IMG/VR virus record: IMGVR_UViG_3300050821_004383
Span: 1 to 64,000 of that record
Reading direction: 5' to 3' (one strand)
DNA from: a virus
Length of the DNA stretch: 64,000 nt
Within the stretch, counting starts at the first letter, position 1. Every line of letters begins with the position of its first letter. Of the stretch, positions 28,862 through 35,333 are shown piece after piece. The translations under genes and the position numbers were made by a program. The notes under the pieces were generated by a model. The model was not told the origin of the DNA. It ran no database searches and was given only the letters and a program-made list of their open reading frames with translations.

Positions 28862-28935
28862 TGGAGCGAAATGCGGAAATCGAATCCGCGCCTGGACCTT
28901 GGCAAGGTCCCGTTCTGCCACTATACCAATCTCGC
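28862..28935 (-). tRNA. tRNA-Gly(GCC)
   Basis: Loop TTGCCAA; U73. Confidence 0.9.
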
Positions 28936-28947
28936 CCAGAAAATTTG

Positions 28948-29019
28948 CCGACCGTATTAGCCGTTATACGGACCCAGGTTGTTGAGACCCAGGAGAGGAT
29001 TCGAACCTCAAATCGTCGG
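28948..29019 (-). ncRNA. Circularly permuted tRNA-like RNA (YrlA/Y-RNA-like architecture)
   Basis: Order: CCGAC, T arm (TGAGG TTCGAAT CCTCT), closed acceptor hairpin (CCTGGGT/ACCTGGG), D arm (CGTA..TACG), GTCGG. Confidence 0.7.
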
Positions 29020-29081
29020 ACTTCTCGGACGCGTGGCTGGCCGTGTCACAGCCCTTTGGACTCGCGCTACCCGATTAGTAT

Positions 29082-29157
29082 TGGAGCACAATCGTGGATT
29101 CGAACCACGGTGACCGAGGTACAAGCTCGGTATATTGGACCGCTATATGAATCGTGC
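29082..29157 (-). tRNA. tRNA-Thr(TGT)
   Basis: Loop CTTGTAC. Confidence 0.9.
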
Positions 29158-29158
29158 T

Positions 29159-29232
29159 TGGAGCTTCGACGTGGAATTGAACCACGACTTGTTCCTTACC
29201 AAGGAACCGTTCTGCCGTTAGACTATCAAAGC
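29159..29232 (-). tRNA. tRNA-Thr(GGT)
   Basis: Loop TTGGTAA. Confidence 0.9.
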
Positions 29233-29243
29233 TCGGAAATTAT

Positions 29244-29708
29244 TTAGGCGTGGTCACCCTTGTCGCCCTTATCGCCTTTGTCACCCTTGTCGCCACGGTC
29301 GCCCTTGTCTCCTTTATCACCCTTGGAGCCTACTGCGCCGTCCTTGCCATCGACGCCTTTATCGCCTGCGTCGCCCTTATCACCTTTGTCGCCCGGGTCG
29401 CCCTTCAAACCGTGTACGCCGTTCTCGCCTGGGTCGCCCTTGTCGCCCTTCAAGCCATGCTCACCGTTGGTGCCAGCATCGCCTTTGTCGCCCTTCGGGC
29501 CGACTGGGCCGGGTACGCCTTGTGGTCCCACAGGGCCTTGGAGACCTTGTGCGCCGACCGGACCCGCGATACCGCGCGGACCTAGAGGGCCTGCTTGACC
29601 TGCCGGACCTGCTGGTCCGACGTGCTTCTTCAAACTCAAAATGAATGCAGCTACAGACACTGCGGCTGTAACAGCAGAAACCAATTCAGCGGGGGCAATC
29701 ATTGGCAT
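29244..29708 (-). CDS. Membrane-anchored collagen-like protein
   Basis: Start MPMIAPAEL (AAGGAG RBS); N-terminal hydrophobic helix then GXY repeats (GDKGDK). Confidence 0.85.
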   Translation of the reverse strand: MPMIAPAELVSAVTAAVSVAAFILSLKKHVGPAGPAGQAGPLGPRGIAGPVGAQGLQGPVGPQGVPGPVGPKGDKGDAGTNGEHGLKGDKGDPGENGVHGLKGDPGDKGDKGDAGDKGVDGKDGAVGSKGDKGDKGDRGDKGDKGDKGDKGDHA

Positions 29709-29734
29709 CTCCTTATTTTTAACTTCTACAAAAT

Positions 29735-29810
29735 TGGAGCGGCGAACGGGATTCGAACCCGTACGTTCTGCTTGGAAGGCAGACATGCTAGCCGTTAACA
29801 TCACAGCCGC
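29735..29810 (-). tRNA. tRNA-Gly(TCC)
   Basis: Loop CTTCCAA. Confidence 0.9.
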
Positions 29811-29818
29811 TTTGAAAT

Positions 29819-29897
29819 TGGTTGCGGAGGTGGGATTTGAACCCACGATAACAAGGTTATGAGTCTTGTGTTTTAGACCAGGCTAAACTACCCCGCT
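29819..29897 (-). tRNA. tRNA-Met(CAT), initiator-like
   Basis: Loop CTCATAA; 1:72 mismatch. Confidence 0.85.
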
Positions 29898-29907
29898 ATA
29901 GAAAATT

Positions 29908-29983
29908 TGGTTCTGGTCGCTGGATTCGAACCAGCTACCTTCCGCTTATCGAGCGGACGCCCGTCCACATGTGCTCGACCAGA
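29908..29983 (-). tRNA. tRNA-Ile(GAT)
   Basis: Loop TCGATAA (C33). Confidence 0.85.
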
Positions 29984-29991
29984 ACAGAAAT

Positions 29992-30067
29992 TGGTGGACC
30001 GTTCCGGCTCTGCCCCGGACGCCTCGGAGGTGCAAGCTCCGCGTTCTCCTGAATGAACTAACAGCCC
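29992..30067 (-). tRNA. tRNA-Ala(TGC)
   Basis: Loop CTTGCAC; G3:U70 present; atypical T-loop GGCAGAG. Confidence 0.85.
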
Positions 30068-30071
30068 AAAA

Positions 30072-30491
30072 TCATCGTCCACGTTTAGTATCGTGGCACT
30101 CTTTACAGTTTATTTGAAACCCACTCCAACGAGTTTCTTTCTTATAAAAGTTATCCACCGGAAGAAACTGCTGATGACCACCGCACCATGACGTGCCTTC
30201 TGGTCCAACAAACTTTCGTAAACTGCCTCCGTGATGCACATGGGGACGATTACATTGTAAATGCGAGAACGCTATATTATCCAAATCCCAAAAGAGTTCA
30301 GCAGAACGACCTTCCCATGGAAGCTTATGCTCTATGCTTAACTCTTCTACGACTAAAATCTCTTTGTTGCACTTGAAACAAATATTTTCTTTCAACTTTT
30401 TCAAAAGATGAAACAAAATATTCTTTCTTAATCTTCCATTGGCCGTGCCGTGAGGCATGCCTAGCGTTGCAGCTTTCTGCGTATTACTCAT
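30072..30491 (-). CDS. HNH homing endonuclease
   Basis: 'CFKC...SIEHKLPW...NIAFSH..CN'; paralogue of 24981-25511. Confidence 0.85.
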   Translation of the reverse strand: MSNTQKAATLGMPHGTANGRLRKNILFHLLKKLKENICFKCNKEILVVEELSIEHKLPWEGRSAELFWDLDNIAFSHLQCNRPHVHHGGSLRKFVGPEGTSWCGGHQQFLPVDNFYKKETRWSGFQINCKECHDTKRGR

Positions 30492-30529
30492 AATCGTTAA
30501 CCCTCTTTGGGTTGTTGATTAAGTTAAAT

Positions 30530-30606
30530 TGGTACTCGCGGCGGGATTTGAACCCGCGTTCTTGGCTTGAAAGGCCAGCGTCCTGGGCCGACTAGACGAC
30601 ATGAGC
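30530..30606 (-). tRNA. tRNA-Glu(TTC)
   Basis: Loop CTTTCAA. Confidence 0.9.
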
Positions 30607-30689
30607 ACTACATGCGCCGATACAATTCGCTTTTTGGGGAAGTGGCTTTATGCATTTATAGCCAATCCGATAATTGTATCGTACGAACT

Positions 30690-30765
30690 TGGTAGCGTCG
30701 GCGGGATTTGAACCCGCGTGACCAGATTGAGAATCTGGCATCCTAGACCACTAGATGACATCGCC
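30690..30765 (-). tRNA. tRNA-Glu(CTC)
   Basis: Loop TTCTCAA. Confidence 0.9.
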
Positions 30766-30773
30766 ACAGAAAT

Positions 30774-30866
30774 TGGTTGTCAGCCTCGGTGCCGACCCGA
30801 GTCGTCGCGCTAATCAGGCGCTCTCCTCGACTTATAAGGTCGAGCCGCATGCCGATGCTGCCGACA
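30774..30866 (-). tRNA. Atypical tRNA with TAT (Ile) anticodon and long variable arm
   Basis: Acceptor TGTCGGC/GCTGACA+ACCA; 6-bp anticodon stem, loop CTTATAA; V-arm GCGC..GCGC; T-loop GTCGGCA. Confidence 0.7.
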
Positions 30867-30954
30867 AAAGGCTGGGCCGACGGGGAATCTAACCCACAAT
30901 GGGGCAGCCTCTGGCGTTCCTTCCAGCGCATCCCATCACTCGTCCCAGAGAAAT

Positions 30955-31030
30955 TGGTAGCTCGTAAGAGAATCGAACTCTTCCTATCCGGGTGTAGGCC
31001 GGATGCATACGACCAGTTTGCTAACAAGCT
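30955..31030 (-). tRNA. tRNA-Val(TAC)
   Basis: Loop CCTACAC (C33). Confidence 0.85.
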
Positions 31031-31037
31031 ACAGAAA

Positions 31038-31154
31038 TCAACGGTGGTAATAATGAATCCAGAGAACCAGGGCACTCGCGCTAATCACTACCCCCAGGAT
31101 GTTGCACACTGTCCGTATCAGTGCCATCCACTGGTCGAATGTTAGCCTTTTCAT
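31038..31154 (-). CDS. Small membrane peptide
   Basis: Own translation MKRLTFDQWMALIRTVCNILGVVISASALVLWIHYYHR. Confidence 0.45.
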   Translation of the reverse strand: MKRLTFDQWMALIRTVCNILGVVISASALVLWIHYYHR

Positions 31155-31341
31155 TGTCCTTCTTCTTTGTTCTGGTCTCGTACCACTTTCTTCTCAACCC
31201 CAAGTATTCGAGTTGAGCCTTCAAACTTTCTTCCGCTGCGTGGCGCATCGCGCGGTCATCGCGCCAAATGCCCACCAGGAAGTACAACGCGACTAAGTCA
31301 ACTACCAACGCCGCAACCGAAGCTACGTTCGCTATAGTCAT
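31081..31341 (-). CDS. Small membrane-anchored protein
   Basis: 86 aa with N-terminal hydrophobic helix. Confidence 0.5.
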   Translation of the reverse strand: MTIANVASVAALVVDLVALYFLVGIWRDDRAMRHAAEESLKAQLEYLGLRRKWYETRTKKKDNEKANIRPVDGTDTDSVQHPGGSD

Positions 31342-31435
31342 ATTCGCTCACAAAGTTGTGCCCCAACTAGTAACTTCAACAGACCGTCAGGGTCTTGCCG
31401 CGCGTATCTGCTAGTTTACTCGGCGCGGAAAAATT

Positions 31436-31511
31436 TGGTCGAGCGCCAGAGACTCGAACTCTGACCCTACCCGTTAAAAGCGGGATATGCTGCCCCTAAC
31501 ACCTGCACTCG
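31436..31511 (-). tRNA. tRNA-Lys(TTT)
   Basis: Loop CTTTTAA. Confidence 0.9.
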
Positions 31512-31796
31512 ACGGTATTTCTTTGTGAAACTGTGTCCAAGCGCCTTAGTCAACTCTTCGTGGCACTCTTGACATTGCAGTTCACATTTCAAAACTTCTT
31601 TCCAAAACTTTTCATCTGAATACGAAGAACCATCAGCGAGTGTGAACTCTTTTGTTTCCGGGTCCTTGTGATGAAACTGTAATTCTTCTTGCGACCCGCA
31701 AGTCTCGCACCGCGTTCCAAGAAACATGATTGCGCGAATGCGACGAAGTTGCCAGCGGCGCTTCATGTACTCATTCATGTATTCATTTGTACTCAT
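31467..31796 (-). CDS. HNH endonuclease
   Basis: 'CETCG...LQFHHKDP..K...KCELQCQECH'; stop lies inside tRNA-Lys(TTT). Confidence 0.85.
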   Translation of the reverse strand: MSTNEYMNEYMKRRWQLRRIRAIMFLGTRCETCGSQEELQFHHKDPETKEFTLADGSSYSDEKFWKEVLKCELQCQECHEELTKALGHSFTKKYRRVQVLGAAYPAFNG

Positions 31797-31802
31797 AAAA
31801 AT

Positions 31803-31879
31803 TGGTGCGCCGCCTCAGACTTGAACTGAGACCAAGCCTCCTTAAGAGGGAGGTATTCTGCCGCTCGAAATCGCAGCGC
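31803..31879 (-). tRNA. tRNA-Lys(CTT)
   Basis: Loop CTCTTAA. Confidence 0.9.
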
Positions 31880-31892
31880 ACTGAAAATTATT

Positions 31893-32187
31893 TGGTTGCG
31901 CTATAGCCCGGTTTCTGTCGAGGACGAACATTCCTCTAAGCACGCTACCCGCTCGTCATCCTGCTCAATAAGCAGTCAGAGCCTATTTGCGCTTGCACCC
32001 GTGTGGAGTGCCTTCGCTCGAATGAGGGTTTCCAACATGTGAAGATGGATAACCCTACGAAGCCTTACCCGAATCCTTGCGGACCCCGCATCTTCCACGG
32101 CACGGTGTTGAGATGTGACCGGAACTTCCTCGCTGACGTTTAGCCACTATCCGGACTCATACGCCATCGCGTTCGTCTACGCTACCA
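31893..32187 (-). ncRNA. rnpB: Phage-encoded RNase P RNA
   Basis: CR-I GAGGAAGTTCCGGT and CR-V ACAGAAACCGGGCT form P4 with bulged U; P2 GACGAAC/GTTCGTC; P1; GGTGCAAG; P15 with GGT; P16/P17. Confidence 0.9.
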
Positions 32188-32300
32188 AAATTAATCCGGG
32201 GGAGGTTTTCGTTACCCGTCCCGGCACCCAAACGATTCGACTAGTCTACTTCGAGTGTTGCCCACAAGGGGCACCCCCGCACGTGTAGGGCCGACAAACT

Positions 32301-32377
32301 TGGACTCCTCGGCTAGACTGTAACTAGCTAAGAGCGGGTTTGCAATCCGCCGTCTCGACATCTTCGACATCGAGGAG
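32301..32377 (-). tRNA. tRNA-Cys(GCA)
   Basis: Loop TTGCAAA; U73; atypical T-loop TTACAGT. Confidence 0.85.
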
Positions 32378-32382
32378 AAACT

Positions 32383-32468
32383 TGGTGCGCCGCACAGGAT
32401 TCGGACCTGTACGCCATTTCTGGCCGGGGGTTTTAAGTCCCCTACGTCTGCCGTTCCGCCAGCAGCGC
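32383..32468 (-). tRNA. tRNA-Leu(TAA)
   Basis: Loop CTTAAAA, long variable arm. Confidence 0.9.
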
Positions 32469-32522
32469 AATATCTACCCGGCTTGCTGTATATCCTTCAA
32501 CAGTGTTCGCCACCGGGAATCT

Positions 32523-32611
32523 TGGTCGCCCGCCCCGGAGTCGAACCGGGACTCTACTTTATTCGAACCGCGTTTTGAGTGCGGCGCGTCTGCCAGTTCC
32601 GCCAGCAGGCG
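32523..32611 (-). tRNA. tRNA-Leu(CAA)
   Basis: Loop CTCAAAA, long but weakly paired variable arm. Confidence 0.85.
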
Positions 32612-32613
32612 AT

Positions 32614-32688
32614 TGGTAGCCCATGAAGGACTCGAACCTTCATCGCTTGATTCGTAGTCAAGCATCCTATCCATTGAACGAACAGGCC
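32614..32688 (-). tRNA. tRNA-Arg(ACG)
   Basis: Loop CTACGAA. Confidence 0.9.
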
Positions 32689-32698
32689 ACTGTAAAAT

Positions 32699-32776
32699 TG
32701 GAGGCCCCGGTCGGATTCGAACCGACTTTTGTACGGGTTAGAACGCCGTTGAGATATCCATTTTCTCGACGGAGCC
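32699..32776 (-). tRNA. tRNA-Arg(TCT)
   Basis: Loop GTTCTAA, C31:C39 mismatch, A20 present. Confidence 0.75.
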
Positions 32777-32785
32777 TCTGAAACT

Positions 32786-32872
32786 TGGTGGGCCGCGAGG
32801 GATTCGAACCCCCACGCTTTTCACGGCACTGGTTTCTAAGACCAGCATGTCTGCCAATTCCATCAGCAGCCC
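32786..32872 (-). tRNA. tRNA-Leu(TAG)
   Basis: Loop CTTAGAA, long variable arm. Confidence 0.9.
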
Positions 32873-33027
32873 ACAGAAATCCTGGCGGTATTTGTCATCG
32901 CGCCCCGCCGGAAGCGCATCGGATGATGTTTAGTCACCGAGAGTTTTGCCCCTTACCAGTGCACGAGGCCACGCACCCAGTAGCTAGCTGGGGATGTTTA
33001 ACTCTCTGTTGCAACGTCGTACAAAAT

Positions 33028-33101
33028 TGGTCAGGAATCGTGGAATCGAACCACGGCCTCATGCTTCCGACGCACGTAGACTACCACTATCAGAATACCT
33101 G
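33028..33101 (-). tRNA. tRNA-Pro(CGG)
   Basis: Loop GTCGGAA. Confidence 0.85.
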
Positions 33102-33110
33102 ACGTAAAAT

Positions 33111-33185
33111 TGGCTCCATCCCTAGGATTCGAACCTAGACCTGTTCGGTTAACAGCCGAGCGTCCTACCGTTGGACCAGAATGGA
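33111..33185 (-). tRNA. tRNA-Asn(GTT)
   Basis: Loop CTGTTAA. Confidence 0.9.
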
Positions 33186-33192
33186 ACTGAAC

Positions 33193-33573
33193 TCAATGCC
33201 CGGTAGTTTGATATTTTATTCGACGACGTTCTGTTGTGTACACTTTTCTCATGTACCCAGCAACTTGTCCTCTTCGAACTCGTATCGCTTCTTCGGGCGA
33301 ATACTTTCTTCTAATTCGACGGGCATCTGTGTTGCAGGCTCTGTGACTGAAAGCGATGTTCTCCAAAGAGAAGAACACGGTCCTCGGGTCACTGCTGTGC
33401 AACCACGGCTCTTTGTGGTCTATCGAGAGGTCTCGACTTTCCGCAATTTGCTTACCGCATCGAAAACAAAAATCTCTTTTCACTTCCTTCACTAACCCGA
33501 AAAGAATTTCTTTTCTAAGTTGGTGACAGGCTGTTCCAAACGGAACACCTAATTGCTGTTGTTTCTTATCCAT
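33193..33573 (-). CDS. HNH homing endonuclease
   Basis: 'CFRC...SIDHKEPW...NIAFSH..CN'; third paralogue. Confidence 0.85.
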   Translation of the reverse strand: MDKKQQQLGVPFGTACHQLRKEILFGLVKEVKRDFCFRCGKQIAESRDLSIDHKEPWLHSSDPRTVFFSLENIAFSHRACNTDARRIRRKYSPEEAIRVRRGQVAGYMRKVYTTERRRIKYQTTGH

Positions 33574-33670
33574 TCAAACCATCCTTTAAGATGGTTCGAA
33601 TCCGATACTGTACCAGCCACTCGGTTTAAGTCCGAGAACTTTTACAACCCGGGCGTTACTCCGGTGAAAT

Positions 33671-33748
33671 TGGCGGTCCATACGGGATTTGAACCCGTGG
33701 TCTTCTCCGTGACAGGGAGACGAGGACTCCTGACTCCTCCAACAGACC
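33671..33748 (-). tRNA. tRNA-Asp(GTC)
   Basis: Loop CTGTCAC. Confidence 0.9.
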
Positions 33749-33757
33749 GCAGAAAAT

Positions 33758-33836
33758 TGGTCGAGGAACCTGGATTTGAACCAGGGGTCTCATGCTTCCA
33801 AAGCACGCGGGAACGGCCAGACTTCCCCATTCCTCG
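33758..33836 (-). tRNA. tRNA-Pro(TGG)
   Basis: Loop TTTGGAA. Confidence 0.9.
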
Positions 33837-33999
33837 AAAAATTTCTCGCTTTCCTCAGCGTCGCCACTTAAGGCTAGGTGGACTATCTGCGAGATGCTGA
33901 CCCGTCACTGGGCCACTTGATTCTTTAGTTGACCGTGTAAATGCCGGGTCCCATCGGTGTTGCTCGTCCCAAACTCTCTGTGTCTTTCATCGTGAAACC

Positions 34000-34028
34000 A
34001 TCCTAGCACAGTTCTCGAACTTTGTCAA
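34000..34028 (-). promoter_or_regulatory. Sigma70 promoter driving the tRNA array
   Basis: TTGACA-17-TAGGAT with TG extension. Confidence 0.75.
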
Positions 34029-34047
34029 GCACTATTTTCGAGAATCT

Positions 34048-34362
34048 TTACTTCTTCGAATAAGCGCGGCCTGGGTAGTTACGAGCGTATGCGTGAGCGT
34101 CGTCTCCCGGCTGCTCGGTCTGCTTGCCGATGTGCTCCATGCTGCACGGCAATCCCTTGTGGGAACCGTTGGCGCTTACGCCCATCGAGTTCGAACGTCC
34201 GGCCTTCAATGCGGCTGCATCGTGAGAAGTCTCGTGACGAACCTTCTCGGCCTTGGGTGTGCTACGGCCTGGATACTTGTGCGCGTGCGGCTGGTCGTGG
34301 GTCATCACTGTCTCGGGTGCGTGGGCCATGCCCGCCGCTGTCTTTTCGCTGTACTTCGCCAT
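34048..34362 (-). CDS. Hydrophilic hypothetical protein
   Basis: 104 aa, internal repeat 'HA....YPGR'. Confidence 0.55.
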   Translation of the reverse strand: MAKYSEKTAAGMAHAPETVMTHDQPHAHKYPGRSTPKAEKVRHETSHDAAALKAGRSNSMGVSANGSHKGLPCSMEHIGKQTEQPGDDAHAYARNYPGRAYSKK

Positions 34363-34424
34363 TTTCTCATTCCTCGCGTTGCCTCACCTTTCGGTACGGG
34401 GCACGCTTCGTACTTCTAAATTTT

Positions 34425-34501
34425 TGGGGTGGGTGATGGGTCTCGAACCCACTCTGGCCCGATTCACAGTCGAGCGCGTCACCTGTTTCGCCTCACTCAC
34501 C
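34425..34501 (-). tRNA. tRNA-His(GTG)
   Basis: Loop CTGTGAA; encoded G-1 and C73. Confidence 0.9.
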
Positions 34502-34512
34502 ATCGTAGAAAT

Positions 34513-34541
34513 ACTCTACCACGGAAGCGGAGCGTTGTCAA
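34513..34541 (-). promoter_or_regulatory. Sigma70 promoter upstream of tRNA-His
   Basis: TTGACA-17-TAGAGT with TG extension. Confidence 0.7.
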
Positions 34542-34548
34542 GAACTAT

Positions 34549-34722
34549 TTACAGAACGGCCTTCACGCGGGCAATGACTGCCTTTGCGTCAGCAACGACT
34601 TCTGCTTCAATCTTTGCAATCTCGGCCTTGACAGCACTTAGCTTCAAGTTGGCCGGATGCTTTACTCGCCCGAAGCCGAAGCCTACGGCGAGCGCTACTG
34701 TAACTGCTGCGATGGTGAACAT
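34549..34722 (-). CDS. Small membrane-anchored helical protein
   Basis: Start MFTIAAV with AAGGAG RBS. Confidence 0.55.
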   Translation of the reverse strand: MFTIAAVTVALAVGFGFGRVKHPANLKLSAVKAEIAKIEAEVVADAKAVIARVKAVL

Positions 34723-34732
34723 TGATTGCTCC

Positions 34733-34984
34733 TTAGTTATTCGGCCCGTGAGTCTTGTGGTTCGCCTCATGGGAATTGATTGGGTATCTGTTTTCGCCCG
34801 TCTGCTGTTTCGCTAGACGTACTGCCGCGCCCTTCTCAATCGTGGGCGACGCCTGGACGTGCTTGTCTTCTGCCGGGACACCGACACGGGTCGGCGGCGT
34901 ATCTGTGAAAGTCGGATTTACGGGAGGCGCATCGTGTTCGCCGCGATTCAAGTTACCGTTGCGTGTTGTTTCTGGGAACTGCAT
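34733..34984 (-). CDS. Hypothetical protein
   Basis: Start MQFPETT. Confidence 0.5.
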   Translation of the reverse strand: MQFPETTRNGNLNRGEHDAPPVNPTFTDTPPTRVGVPAEDKHVQASPTIEKGAAVRLAKQQTGENRYPINSHEANHKTHGPNN

Positions 34985-34992
34985 AAACCCTC

Positions 34993-35169
34993 TTATGGAT
35001 AAATCTTCTCGTACAACCAACCTGCCATCGAGACGCCGAGTCCGACGTAAGCAACCAGCGGGTGACGGAGAACCAAGCCGCCGAATGCCAGCATGTAACC
35101 GACGAACTGGAGCCAAGGTTGAATCTTGATGTATTGGTCAATGCTGTTGAAAATCGTTGAGAGACTCAT
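34993..35169 (-). CDS. Small membrane protein
   Basis: Own translation MSLSTIFNSIDQYIKIQPWLQFVGYMLAFGGLV... Confidence 0.5.
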   Translation of the reverse strand: MSLSTIFNSIDQYIKIQPWLQFVGYMLAFGGLVLRHPLVAYVGLGVSMAGWLYEKIYP

Positions 35170-35333
35170 ATCACTCCGTCCTTCTTAAGTCTTAACATGT
35201 CACCAACGAAATGAACCGCGAATGCCACACTAAACAGAACCTGTGATAGTCCTCGAAGAAACAGGAGAACGGCTAGCGCTGCAACGAAGCCTGCTGTTTG
35301 AATCACTAAAATCGTTTTGTCTGAGAACTTCAT
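35166..35333 (-). CDS. Small membrane protein
   Basis: Own translation MKFSDKTILVIQTAGFVAALAVLLFL... Confidence 0.5.
   Translation of the reverse strand: MKFSDKTILVIQTAGFVAALAVLLFLRGLSQVLFSVAFAVHFVGDMLRLKKDGVI

Noticed and set aside
30774-30866. Allo-tRNA or tRNA-Sec (8/4, 9/3 or 8/5 fold)
   Set aside because: Acceptor/T stems fit 7/5; an eighth acceptor pair would be A:G.
32699-32776. Amber suppressor tRNA (CTA) or recoded genome
   Set aside because: Stem register gives TCT with A20 (Arg); long genes are intact under the standard code and several end in TAG.
28348-33900. ORF-track calls overlapping tRNAs (e.g. 28348-28767, 28533-28985, 30743-31075, 32340-32657, 33553-33900)
   Set aside because: They are translations of tRNA genes or their antisense strands.
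31350-33990. Hammerhead or HDV/theta ribozymes in spacers
   Set aside because: Catalytic cores (CUGANGA with GAAA; HDV P3/P1.1/J4-2 C) could not be fitted by eye; kept only as unknown structured RNAs.
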